Of a stretch of 64,000 bases of DNA, positions 1-10,262 are shown in pieces; the first letter of the stretch is position 1, and every line of letters starts with the position of its first letter. A model generated the notes under the pieces. It ran no database searches. It saw only the letters and a program-made list of their open reading frames with translations, and was not told the origin of the DNA. The stretch is from Alphaproteobacteria bacterium (lineage in GTDB: Bacteria > Pseudomonadota > Alphaproteobacteria > JAEULC01), in assembly GCA_023150455.1 (NCBI GenBank), contig JAKLKW010000026.1, positions 41,982-105,981 on the forward strand, given 5' to 3'. Made by a program: the position numbers and the translations under genes.

Positions 1-1
1 G

Positions 2-385
2 GTGGTCGACAAGTGGTTCCAGGTCCAGGCCACCGCGCCGCGCGCGGACGCGCTGGACGAGGTGCGCCGGCTGACCGGCCATCCCGCCTTCTCGATCCGC
101 AACCCGAACAAGGTGCGCGCGCTGATCGGCGCCTATGCCGCCGCCAACCCGGTCGGGTTCCACCGCGCCGACGGAAAGGGCTACGATTTCCTCGCCGACC
201 GCGTGATCGAGCTCAACAGGCTCAACCCGCAGGTTGCCGCCCGCATGCTGGGCACCATGACGCGCTGGCGCCGCTACGACGCGGCCCGCCGCGCGACGAT
301 GCGCCGCGCGCTCGAGCGCGTCGCCGCCGAGCCGGGCCTCAGCAAGGACGTCTTCGAGATCGCCAGCAAGAGCCTGGCGGGGTAG
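2..385 (+). CDS. pepN: Aminopeptidase N, C-terminal part (gene starts before the window)
   Basis: DKWFxxQA, HPAFSIRNPNKVRALIGAF/Y, NPQVAARM and LSKDVFEI are typical PepN C-terminal motifs. Confidence 0.93.
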   Translation: MVDKWFQVQATAPRADALDEVRRLTGHPAFSIRNPNKVRALIGAYAAANPVGFHRADGKGYDFLADRVIELNRLNPQVAARMLGTMTRWRRYDAARRATMRRALERVAAEPGLSKDVFEIASKSLAG

Positions 386-393
386 TCGCGAGG

Positions 394-420
394 CGTCCTT
401 CGACAGCTCAGGACGAGGAC
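394..420. repeat. Half copy of palindromic repeat family A (CCTTCGACA(A)GCTCAGGAYGAGG)
   Basis: gtccttcgacagctcaggacgagg matches the copies at about 10170 and about 36945-36975. Confidence 0.65.
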
Positions 421-505
421 TCCGATCGCGCCAGCCGCGTCGCGCCAGCAGGAAGAGGACCTCCCTTGCGCAGCCGGCATTTGTTCCGGCGGCGAGGAAG
501 GCGCT

Positions 506-1669
506 ATGAATCCCGGCAGCAAGAACGAGGGGGAACGCCGCGCCATGGACGTGAAGACCGTCGCACCGTCGACCGCCGCCAGCGACGCCTGGAACGACTT
601 CGAGAACCTGCACGAGTTCGTGCGCAAAGCGCGGCAGAACCTGGACCAGAACAACTGGGACTACATCGTCGGCGGCACCGAGACCGAGACGACGCTGAAG
701 CGCAACCGCCTGGCGCTCGACTCGATCGCCTTCCGGCCGCGCGTGCTGCGCGACGTCAGCCGCATCGACAGCACGGTCGAGCGGTTCGGCCGCAAGCTGC
801 GCCTGCCGGTGTTCATGGCGCCGGTCGGCAACCTCGAGGTCTTTCATGCCGGCGCAGCCGCCTCGGTCGTGCGCGCCGCCGGGCGGTTCGGCGCCGGGCA
901 CATGCTGAGCTCGGTCTGCCAGCCGGGGCTCGAAGCCACGGCCGATGCCGCGCCCGACGCCTTGCGCATCTTCCAGCTCTACGTGCGCGGCGACGACGCC
1001 TTCGTGCTCGACCACGTCGCCCGCGCCGAGCGGCGCAACTACGCCGCCTTCTGCCTGACGGTCGACACGGCGGTCTACAGCCGGCGCGAGCGCGACCTGG
1101 CCAAGCGGCACCGCACGGCGGGCAGCGGGCGCGTCGAGGGCCGCCAGCAGCTTGCGGCGCTGGACTGGCGCACGGTCGCGCTGATCCGCAAGAGGACGAA
1201 GCTGCCGCTGGTGCTGAAGGGCATCGCCACTGCCGAGGACGCGAAGATGGCGCTCGAGCACGGTATCGAGTGGGTCTATGTCTCGAACCACGGCGGGCGC
1301 CAGCTCGACCACGGTCGCGGCGCCATGGACGTGCTGCCCGAGGTCCTTGCTGCCGTCGCGGGCCGTGCGAAGATCATGATCGACGGCTCGTTCTGCCGCG
1401 GCTCGGACGTGGTGAAGGCGATCGCCGCCGGCGCCGACATGGTCGGGCTCGGCCGCATGCAGTGCTGGGCACTGGCGGCCGCCGGCGAGGACGGCGTCCA
1501 CCGCATGCTGGAGCTGCTGGAGGACGAGGTGCGCCGCTGCCTGGGGCTGCTGGGCGTCACGAGCTTCGCCCAGCTCGACCGCTCCTACCTTCACCCGGCC
1601 CCGCCGGTGAACCTGCCCGGCGTGTACAGCGCCTTCCCGCTGCTGGCGATGGACGAGTACCGCTACTGA
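506..1669 (+). CDS. FMN-dependent alpha-hydroxy acid oxidase/dehydrogenase (LldD/glycolate oxidase family)
   Basis: FRPRVLRDV, FQLY, LTVD...RERD, LVLKGI, VSNHGGRQLD motifs. Confidence 0.92.
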   Translation: MNPGSKNEGERRAMDVKTVAPSTAASDAWNDFENLHEFVRKARQNLDQNNWDYIVGGTETETTLKRNRLALDSIAFRPRVLRDVSRIDSTVERFGRKLRLPVFMAPVGNLEVFHAGAAASVVRAAGRFGAGHMLSSVCQPGLEATADAAPDALRIFQLYVRGDDAFVLDHVARAERRNYAAFCLTVDTAVYSRRERDLAKRHRTAGSGRVEGRQQLAALDWRTVALIRKRTKLPLVLKGIATAEDAKMALEHGIEWVYVSNHGGRQLDHGRGAMDVLPEVLAAVAGRAKIMIDGSFCRGSDVVKAIAAGADMVGLGRMQCWALAAAGEDGVHRMLELLEDEVRRCLGLLGVTSFAQLDRSYLHPAPPVNLPGVYSAFPLLAMDEYRY

Positions 1670-1681
1670 CCCTTCCGTCCG

Positions 1682-2272
1682 CTACGCCGCCGCCGAACGC
1701 GGGGCCGTGCGGGGAGCGAATTCCGTCTCCTCGGCTTCCAGTGCCTCGGGCGGTGCGGCCGGATCGACCGCGGCCGCGCCGAGCGCCAGCGGCGCAGGGC
1801 GGAAGGCGATCATGCTGACGAGGATCGTCGCCTCGCCCGCATCGTCGAGCAGCGGCAGCAGGAGGCGCGTGATCGTCTTGTGCGCGCGGCCGGGCACCGG
1901 CAGCGGGCAGTGATAGGCGACCGGACGGCCGGATTCGAGCGCGCGCAGGAACAGCGCGGCCCGGCTGGGCAGCGCCGCCGCCGGCAGCAGCTCGTCGAGA
2001 AGGAGGCCGGTGCATTCGCATCCGGTCTGGTTGCGGATCGCGGTGCCGCTGAGGCAGCAGCGCAGGCGCCCGTCCGGCATGCGGCGCCAGACCTCCACCA
2101 GGGGCAAGAGCTTGCGCACGCCCATGGGATCGAGCGCGCGGCGCGACGGAACCTGGCCGCCGGCCTGCCGGCGCAATGCGCACCAGTAGTCGAGCAAGGC
2201 GGCAAGGCCTGGATCGTCGAGAAGACGACGAAATGGGTTCGGCGCGGCGGCGCCGGCGACTTCCTGCTGCAT
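1682..2272 (-). CDS. Stand-alone PAS-domain protein (PAS_5-like)
   Basis: LLDYW..LR....PSRRALDP..V.KLLP, GT.I....G.E.TG and RLLLPL pattern; start placed at MQQEV. Confidence 0.7.
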   Translation of the reverse strand: MQQEVAGAAAPNPFRRLLDDPGLAALLDYWCALRRQAGGQVPSRRALDPMGVRKLLPLVEVWRRMPDGRLRCCLSGTAIRNQTGCECTGLLLDELLPAAALPSRAALFLRALESGRPVAYHCPLPVPGRAHKTITRLLLPLLDDAGEATILVSMIAFRPAPLALGAAAVDPAAPPEALEAEETEFAPRTAPRSAAA

Positions 2273-2429
2273 TGGATGCCCCCGATCAACGATGGGTGCG
2301 ATGCTACGGGGGCGATGCTGAGCCTGCGATGAACCGATCGTTAACGCCGCATGCCGCGCCGTCATGGACAGGTTGCGGGCGGAGCGATAAGAGACATCGG
2401 CAAGGGACAGGGACAAACCGGGGGCATCG

Positions 2430-3884
2430 ATGACCAGACCAAGCTTCCGCCGTTCGCTCGGCGCGGCCGCCATTGGCGCCGGCTGCCTGCTGGCGCCGTG
2501 GAACGGCCCGGCGCTTGGCCAGTCGGGCCTGCCGACCCTGCCGGGCCAGGCGCCGGCCGGGCAGCCCACGCCGCAAGCGCAGCCTCAGGCACAGCCCCAG
2601 CCGGCCCCGCTTCAGGCAGCACCGCGCCCGCCGGGGGTACAGCCGCAAGCCCAGCCCCAGCCGCAACCTCACCCCACGGCGCAGCCGCCGGCCGCCGCCG
2701 CCGGCGCCTTCGACCAGACGCCCGAGCGCCCGGTCGCCGACGTCTATCCGCCGGAGCAGCGCGAGAGCCCGCAGCACACGCTGGTCGATCCGGTGCGCCC
2801 GTCGCCGTCGCCGACGGCGCTGGGGCTCTGGAACCAGACCTCGATCCAGTCGCGCTACGGCAATCTCGAGACGCCGAACGAATCCTTCACGCGCATCCGC
2901 ATCCGCGAGATCGAGGCGATCACCAAGCTGAAGGCGATCGACACCGGCGAGACGGTCGGCGGCGGCGTCGCCAACGCCGCCATGGCGCCGGTGCGCGCGG
3001 TCGGCGCGCTGTTCACCAAGCCGGTCGAGACGCTCGGCAACATCCCCAAGGGCGTCGGCGACTTCATCGCCCGCACCGGCGAGGGCTTCTCGAGCGAGAA
3101 GTCGAAGTTCGAGGACGGCATGTTCAAGGAGATCGCCGGCGTCAGCCGCAAGAAGCGCGAAATCGCGGCGCAGATGGGCGTCGACGTCTACTCCTCCAAC
3201 CCGCTGCTGCAGGAGGAGCTCGACCGGGTCGGCATCGCCAGCGCCGGCGGCAACATCACGGTCGACGTCGGCATGATCGCCGTCACCGGCACGGCCGGCG
3301 CCATCATCAGCAATCTCGGCCGCGTCGACGCGCTGCAGGAGATCGTCAACACCCAGCCCGCCTCCGAGCTGCGCCGGCGCGCGCGCCACACGCTCGAGGT
3401 GATCGCGATGCCGAAGAGCTTCATCGACCAGTTCCTCGACCATCCCTACTACTCGCCGCGCCGCAAGACGATCATCGTCGGCCTGATGTCGCCGATGAAG
3501 GAGGTGCGGGGGCTCGAGCAGTTCATGGAGGCCGCGCTGACGGCTGGGAGCGAGGCCGACGCGCTCTATTACCAGCAGATGATGGAGCTGTTCTCGGCCT
3601 TCCACTTCAACGTGGCGCCGCTGAAGCAGATCCTGCTGATCGAGAAATACCCGGTCGCGATCTCCGAGAAGGCCGGCGCGTTCTTCTCCGTGCCCGTCGA
3701 TCGCGTGTACTGGACCAAGGAGACGCAAGGCTTCCTCGACCAGCTGTTGGCCAAGCTGCCCGACCGCCAGAAGCTGCCGGCCGTCACCATGTGGGCGCTC
3801 GGCGACTACACGCCGCTCGCCGCGGCGGAAGTAGCCAAGCGCGGCATCCGCGCGGGACAGAAGGCGGCGGTGAACTACAACTGA
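2430..3884 (+). CDS. Exported hypothetical protein with Pro/Gln-rich linker
   Basis: N-terminal signal-like segment (FRRSL..hydrophobic..ALG), QPQPQ linker, then a globular region with host-like codon usage. Confidence 0.75.
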   Translation: MTRPSFRRSLGAAAIGAGCLLAPWNGPALGQSGLPTLPGQAPAGQPTPQAQPQAQPQPAPLQAAPRPPGVQPQAQPQPQPHPTAQPPAAAAGAFDQTPERPVADVYPPEQRESPQHTLVDPVRPSPSPTALGLWNQTSIQSRYGNLETPNESFTRIRIREIEAITKLKAIDTGETVGGGVANAAMAPVRAVGALFTKPVETLGNIPKGVGDFIARTGEGFSSEKSKFEDGMFKEIAGVSRKKREIAAQMGVDVYSSNPLLQEELDRVGIASAGGNITVDVGMIAVTGTAGAIISNLGRVDALQEIVNTQPASELRRRARHTLEVIAMPKSFIDQFLDHPYYSPRRKTIIVGLMSPMKEVRGLEQFMEAALTAGSEADALYYQQMMELFSAFHFNVAPLKQILLIEKYPVAISEKAGAFFSVPVDRVYWTKETQGFLDQLLAKLPDRQKLPAVTMWALGDYTPLAAAEVAKRGIRAGQKAAVNYN

Positions 3885-3902
3885 GGCGTAGCGGTAGCCC
3901 GG

Positions 3903-5498
3903 TCACGCCCCCGCCACCCCGATCGACGCCAGCCTCACCTCCTCCAGGTCCAGCTCGCGCTGCAGGCGCTGCCACGCCTCGTCGCCGATCTGGCCGTCGC
4001 GGCGGAGCTTGATCAGGCGGCGGCGCGCGGCGCCAAGCGCGGCCAGGTGCGCGGCGTGGTAGGCGCCCGCGGCGGCGCCCGACGGGCGCTGGAGGAAGTC
4101 GCCGAAGAGCGCCTCGACATCGGCCAGGCGATGGCCGTAGCCGTCGCGGATCGTGTGCGCGACCTCGGCCGGGACCCTGCCCGACTTCGCCATCTCGTCG
4201 ATCTCGGCCATTGCGGCGTGGATGCTCTTGGCCCGCGCCAGGCGTTCCTCGGCGTCGGTGTCGCAATCGGCGCCGACGCCCAAGCGGCGGATGACGAAGC
4301 CCAGCGTGCCGCCCTGCAGCACCAGCGTCGCGAGGATGACGGCGTAGGTCAGGAACAGGATCAGCTCGCGCTGCGGGAAGGGCTCGCCGTCGTGCATGGT
4401 GAGCGGCAGGGCCAGCGCCATCACGAGCGAGACCACGCCGCGCATGCCGGACCAGCCGACGATGACGAGGTGGCGCCAGGGCAGCTCCGACGCGCGGCGC
4501 CGGAGCGTCGGCACCGCGATCTCGCGCCCGTAGGCGGCGCCGAAGACGACGAGGAAACGCAGCGCGATCACGGCCGCCGACACCACGACCGCGCAGAGCG
4601 CGAGCGTCGACAGGGGATAGCCGGCGAGTCCTTCCATCACCTGGGGCAGCATGAGCCCGATCAGGATGAACACGACGGTGTTGATCAGGAACACGATGAC
4701 ATCCCACACCGCATAGGCCTGGATGCGGGTCTGCGCCGAGAACACCTCGGGCGCGTGCCAGCCGCGCACGAGGCCGGCCGCCACCACGGCGAGGACGGCG
4801 GAGACGTGCAGCTTTTCGGCCGCGATGAACACGGCAAATGGGAAGACGAGCGAGAAGGCGATCTCGCTCATGGGATCGGCGATGCGCCGCTGCACATGCA
4901 CGGACAGGTAGCCGGCGGCCGCGCCGATCACGGTGCCGCCCGTCGCCAGGAACAGGAACTGCAGGCCCGGCCCGGGGAAGGAGAAGGACCAGGCTCCCGC
5001 CAGCGCCGCCGCCAGGGCGAAGCGGAAGAAAACGAGACCGGCGGCATCGTTCACCAGGCTCTCGCCCTCGATCACGGTGACGATGCGCCGGGGCACGCGC
5101 ACGTTGCGCATGATCGCCGTCGCGGCGACCGCGTCGGAGGGCGAGACGATGGCGCCGAGCACCAGCGCGGCGGTCCAGGGCATGGCCGGCACGATCAGCT
5201 TGGCGACCGCGGCGACGCCGAGCGTGGTGACCAGTACCAAGCCGATCGCGAGCAGGCCGATCGGCTTGATGTTGGCGCGGAAGTCGCGCCAGGAGGTGAA
5301 GATCGCCGCCTGGTAGAGGATCGGCGGCAGCACGAGGGTCAGCGCCAGCTCGGGATCGACCGCGATCGCCGGCAGCCCGGGGATGAAGCTGACGGCGAGC
5401 CCGCCCAGCACCAGCGCGATCGGATAGGGCACGCGCGTCTGCCGCGCGAGCAGCCCCAGCACGATGCCGCCGGCGATGAGCGCAAGGATTTCCGTCAT
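3903..5498 (-). CDS. Na+/H+ antiporter, CPA1 family (YjcE/NhaP-like)
   Basis: LPPILY, SPSDAVA, IEGESLVNDA, WSGMRGVVSL, LQRELDLEE motifs; many TM helices. Confidence 0.92.
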   Translation of the reverse strand: MTEILALIAGGIVLGLLARQTRVPYPIALVLGGLAVSFIPGLPAIAVDPELALTLVLPPILYQAAIFTSWRDFRANIKPIGLLAIGLVLVTTLGVAAVAKLIVPAMPWTAALVLGAIVSPSDAVAATAIMRNVRVPRRIVTVIEGESLVNDAAGLVFFRFALAAALAGAWSFSFPGPGLQFLFLATGGTVIGAAAGYLSVHVQRRIADPMSEIAFSLVFPFAVFIAAEKLHVSAVLAVVAAGLVRGWHAPEVFSAQTRIQAYAVWDVIVFLINTVVFILIGLMLPQVMEGLAGYPLSTLALCAVVVSAAVIALRFLVVFGAAYGREIAVPTLRRRASELPWRHLVIVGWSGMRGVVSLVMALALPLTMHDGEPFPQRELILFLTYAVILATLVLQGGTLGFVIRRLGVGADCDTDAEERLARAKSIHAAMAEIDEMAKSGRVPAEVAHTIRDGYGHRLADVEALFGDFLQRPSGAAAGAYHAAHLAALGAARRRLIKLRRDGQIGDEAWQRLQRELDLEEVRLASIGVAGA

Positions 5499-5649
5499 GG
5501 ATGGCGATCTCCGCGGCGGTCACGGCCGGCCGCTGCAACAGGCATGTCGGGATGGCGCTTGGGCCCATGCGCGGGGCGCCTTGATAGCCCGGCGAGGGGC
5601 GCGCAAGTCAACCTCGCAACCGGCATCGCCCAGGCGCGGCGCCAACCCG

Positions 5650-5677
5650 TTGACAGCGCGCGCTTGCTGGCTATAGT
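5650..5677 (+). promoter_or_regulatory. Sigma70-type promoter of the rplU operon
   Basis: TTGACA-N16-TATAGT about 105 nt upstream of rplU. Confidence 0.6.
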
Positions 5678-5782
5678 GCCGGCCTTCCGGCGGCGGGGCG
5701 GCCTCGCGGCCGTTTTGGCGCGCGGGCCAGGAATTCCTTAACTTTCAGGCACTTCGCAGCGCCCGAGCTAACAGGACAAGCC

Positions 5783-6097
5783 ATGTTCGCGGTCATCAAA
5801 ACAGGCGGCAAGCAGTACAAGGTCGCCAAGGACGACGTCATCGAGGTCGAGAAGCTGCCGGGCGCGGCCGGGGCCTCGGTCGACCTGACCGAAGTGCTGA
5901 TGCTGTCGGACGGCGGCAAGGTCGAGACGGGCTCGCCGCTTTTGGCCGGCGCCAAGGTGTCGGCCGAGGTGGTCGAGCAGACCCGCGGCGACAAGATCAT
6001 CGTCTTCAAGAAGCGGCGCCGGAAGAACTACCGCCGCAAGAAGGGCCATCGCCAGGACCTGACGGTCCTGAAGATCACGGGTATCTCGCGCGGCTAG
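5783..6097 (+). CDS. rplU: 50S ribosomal protein L21
   Basis: [14 protein letters not shown]...[15 protein letters not shown]. Confidence 0.98.
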   Translation: MFAVIKTGGKQYKVAKDDVIEVEKLPGAAGASVDLTEVLMLSDGGKVETGSPLLAGAKVSAEVVEQTRGDKIIVFKKRRRKNYRRKKGHRQDLTVLKITGISRG

Positions 6098-6140
6098 GGC
6101 CGCGCGGCCCCGAACTGACGAGAAGCTGGGAGCATGCGTC

Positions 6141-6410
6141 ATGGCGCATAAGAAAGCAGGCGGCAGCTCACGCAACGGCCGCGATTCCGCCGGTCAACGC
6201 CTGGGCGTGAAGCGCTTCGGCGACCAGCTGGTGCCGGCCGGCAACATCCTGGTGCGCCAGCGCGGCACCAAGTTCCATGCCGGTCAGAACGTCGGCATGG
6301 GCCGCGACCACACGCTGTTCGCCAAGGTGGACGGGCGCGTGAAGTTCCGACCGTCGAAGCTCGGCCGGACCTTCATCGACGTGCTTCCGGTCAAGGAAGC
6401 CGCCGAATAG
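6141..6410 (+). CDS. rpmA: 50S ribosomal protein L27
   Basis: [16 protein letters not shown]...RQRGTKFH. Confidence 0.98.
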   Translation: MAHKKAGGSSRNGRDSAGQRLGVKRFGDQLVPAGNILVRQRGTKFHAGQNVGMGRDHTLFAKVDGRVKFRPSKLGRTFIDVLPVKEAAE

Positions 6411-6497
6411 GGTCCTGACGCCCCGCCCGGGAACTCCCGGGCAGAAGGTCCCTTGACGGGTCCGGCGGGGCGCAAGCCCCGAAAGGCGACCCGGTAG

Positions 6498-7547
<1,050 letters not shown>

Positions 7548-7576
7548 AGGGCGCGACGCGAACGCAATCTCCCCGG

Positions 7577-7701
7577 TCCCCCCTCCCCTCGCGGGACGGG
7601 GTTAGGGGGAGAGGGCGAACAGACGAGTCCGGTTCCGCGCCGGTCGAGCTCCGTCGTGACGACCCCTCCCCCTGGCCCGCTCCCGCACGGGGAGGGGGGA
7701 C
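7577..7701. repeat. Long imperfect palindrome, repeat family B (CCCCTCCCC..GCGGGA.GGGG..AGGGGG)
   Basis: Left arm gtcccccctcccctcgcgggacggggttaggggg pairs with right arm ccctccccctggcccgctcccgcacggggaggggggac; lies between obgE and proB. Confidence 0.75.
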
Positions 7702-7716
7702 AGGAATGGCGGTGCC

Positions 7717-8859
7717 ATGACCGCCCCGGCGAAAGCCGCCGCCGTGTCGCCGCTCGCTTCGGCGCGGCGCATCGTCTTGAAGATCGGCTCGGCGCTGCTG
7801 GTGGACGAGGCGACGGGCAAGGTGCGCCGGCAATGGCTGGCGGCGCTGGCGGACGATATCGCGGCGGCGCGCCAGCGCGGGCAGGATGTGCTGATCGTCT
7901 CGTCCGGCGCCATCGCGGTCGGGCGGCATCATCTCAACCTGCACGGGCGCGCGCTGAAGCTGGAGGAGAAGCAGGCGGCGGCCGCGACCGGGCAGAGCCG
8001 ATTGACGCATGCCTACGAGGAGGCGCTGGCGCGGCACGGCATCACCGTGGCGCAGGTGCTGCTGACCTACGAGGACACCGAGGAGCGCCGCCGGCATTTG
8101 AACGCGCGCGGTACGCTGACGGAACTGCTGCGGCTCGGCGCCATTCCGGTGATCAACGAGAACGACACGGTGACGACCGAGGAGATCCGCTTCGGCGACA
8201 ACGACCGGCTGGCGGCGCGCGTGGCGCAGATGGTCAGCGCCGACGCGCTGGTCCTGTTCTCCGACATCGACGGGCTCTACACCGCCGACCCGCGCCGCGA
8301 CGGCGCCGCGCGGCACCTGCCGGAAGTGCGCGAGCTGACGGCGGAGATCGAGGCCATGGCCGGCAAGGCGCCGCCGGGCTACAGCTCGGGCGGCATGGTC
8401 ACCAAGCTCGCCGCCGCGCGCATCGCCCTGGCGGCGGGCTGCCGCATGGCCATCGCCAACGGCCGCGCCGAGCATCCGCTCAAGGCGCTGATCGAGGGCG
8501 CGCGCTGCACCTGGTTCGTGCCGCAGGCCTCGCCGCCTGCCGCGCGCAAGGGCTGGATTGCCGGCACGCTCAAGCCCGCCGGCACGCTGGTGGTCGACGA
8601 CGGCGCGGTCGCGGCCTTGAAGACGGGCAAAAGCCTGCTGCCCGCCGGCGTCGTCGCGGTCGCCGGCGCGTTCGAGCGCGGCGACGCGGTGCAGGTCGAG
8701 GACCGCGGCGGCCGCAAGCTCGGCCGCGGGCTCGTCGCCTATTCCAGCCAGGACTGCGCGCGCATCATCGGCCACCGCTCGGGTGAAATCGAGGCGATCC
8801 TGGGCTACCGTGGGCGCGACGAGATGATCCATCGCGACGACCTGGTGCTGGAGTCATGA
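7717..8859 (+). CDS. proB: Glutamate 5-kinase
   Basis: KIGSALL, VSSGA, NENDTV, FGDNDRL, GGMVTK, C-terminal PUA domain (IHRDDL). Confidence 0.97.
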   Translation: MTAPAKAAAVSPLASARRIVLKIGSALLVDEATGKVRRQWLAALADDIAAARQRGQDVLIVSSGAIAVGRHHLNLHGRALKLEEKQAAAATGQSRLTHAYEEALARHGITVAQVLLTYEDTEERRRHLNARGTLTELLRLGAIPVINENDTVTTEEIRFGDNDRLAARVAQMVSADALVLFSDIDGLYTADPRRDGAARHLPEVRELTAEIEAMAGKAPPGYSSGGMVTKLAAARIALAAGCRMAIANGRAEHPLKALIEGARCTWFVPQASPPAARKGWIAGTLKPAGTLVVDDGAVAALKTGKSLLPAGVVAVAGAFERGDAVQVEDRGGRKLGRGLVAYSSQDCARIIGHRSGEIEAILGYRGRDEMIHRDDLVLES

Positions 8860-10137
8860 CCGCCGCCATCGCCGAGGCCGAGAACGTCGCCGAGCTGACG
8901 GCCGAGATGCGCCGCATCGGCCGGGCCGCGCGCGAGGCGGCGCGCGCGCTTGCCGTCGTGCCGTCGGAAGCCAAGACGCGCGCGCTGAAGGCCGCCGCCG
9001 CCGCCGTGCGCGCCCATGCCGCCGCCATCATCGAGGCCAACGGCGAGGACGTGGAAGAGGCGCGGCGCGACGGGCTGGCCGCGCCGCTGATCGACCGCCT
9101 GCTGATCGACGAGAAGCGCGTCGCGGCGATCGCCGCGAGCCTGGACGAGATCGCCGCCCTGCCCGACCCGGTCGGCACGGAGCTTGCGCGCTGGCAGCGG
9201 CCGAACGGGCTCGACATCGCGCGCGTGCGCGTGCCGCTCGGCGTGATCGGCATCATCTACGAGTCGCGGCCGAACGTGACGGCCGATGCCGGGGGGCTTT
9301 GCCTCAAGGCCGGCAACGCCACGATCCTGCGCGGCGGCTCCGAGAGCTTCCATTCCTCGCATGCCATCGCGCGCTGCCTGGCCGAGGGGCTCAAGGCGGC
9401 GAACCTGCCCGAGGCCGCGATCCAGCTGGTGCCGACGCGCGACCGGGCGGCGGTCGGCATGATGCTGACCATGCCCGAGTTCATCGACGTCGCGCGGGGG
9501 AAAGTCGCTGGTCGAGCGGGTGATGAACGAGAGCCGCATTCCCGTGCTCGCCCATCTCGAGGGCAACTGCCACGTCTATGTCGACGGCGCCGCCGATCTG
9601 GCCATGGCGCGCGAGGTCACGCTCAACGCCAAGATGCGCCGCACCTCGGTCTGCGGCGCGGCCGAGACGCTGCTGGTCGACCGCCGCGTCGCGTCGTAGC
9701 ATCTGCCGGCGCTGGTCATGGACCTGCTCGCTGCCGGCTGCGCCGTGCGCGGCGACGACGCGACGCAGAAGGTCGACCCGCGCGTGACGCCGGCGAGCGA
9801 CGAGGACTGGTCGACCGAGTTCCTCGACGCGATCATCGCCGTCGGGCTGGTCGACGGCGTCGACGGCGCGATCCGGCACATCAACAAGTACGGCTCGCAT
9901 CACACCGACAGCATCATCACGGCCGACGCCAAGGCGGCCGAGAAGTTCCTCGGCGAGGTCGACAGCGGCATCGTGCTGCACAACGCCTCGACCCAGTTCG
10001 CCGACGGCGGCGAGTTCGGCATGGGCGCCGAGATCGGCATTTCCACCAGCCGCCTGCACGCCCGCGGCCCCGTCGGCGCCGAGCAGCTGACCAGCTTCAA
10101 GTACGTGGTGCGCGGGTCGGGCCAGGTTCGACCCTGA
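8856..10137 (+). pseudogene. proA: Gamma-glutamyl phosphate reductase disrupted by a frameshift (about 9491) and an in-frame TAG (9697-9699); true pseudogene or assembly error
   Basis: The N-part has GVIGIIYESRPNVT; the frame shifts at IDV[..]RGGKSLV; the next frame has [19 protein letters not shown], a stop, then [22 protein letters not shown]. Confidence 0.85.
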
Positions 10138-10165
10138 CTGCGCCATAACGCGCTTCAGACGGATC

Positions 10166-10249
10166 GACGTCTTTCGACAAGCTCAGCATGAGGACCAAGA
10201 CAAGGAGTCCTCACCCTGAGCCTGTCGAAGGGCGAGCCCGTCGAAAGAT
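10166..10249. repeat. Palindromic repeat family A (inverted pair)
   Basis: ctttcgacaagctcagcatgagga...tcctcaccctgagcctgtcgaagg forms an inverted pair between convergent genes. Confidence 0.8.
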
Positions 10250-10262
10250 GAGTCCGCTGTCG

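Noticed and set aside
2560-2700. CAGCCG/CAGCCC-like tandem repeats as a possible array
   Set aside because: They simply encode the Pro/Gln linker; no repeat-spacer structure
9697-9699. In-frame TAG in proA as pyrrolysine or stop-codon recoding
   Set aside because: TAG is a normal stop in many genes here (pepN, rplU, rpmA, htpG); no pyl genes are present; the gene also has a frameshift
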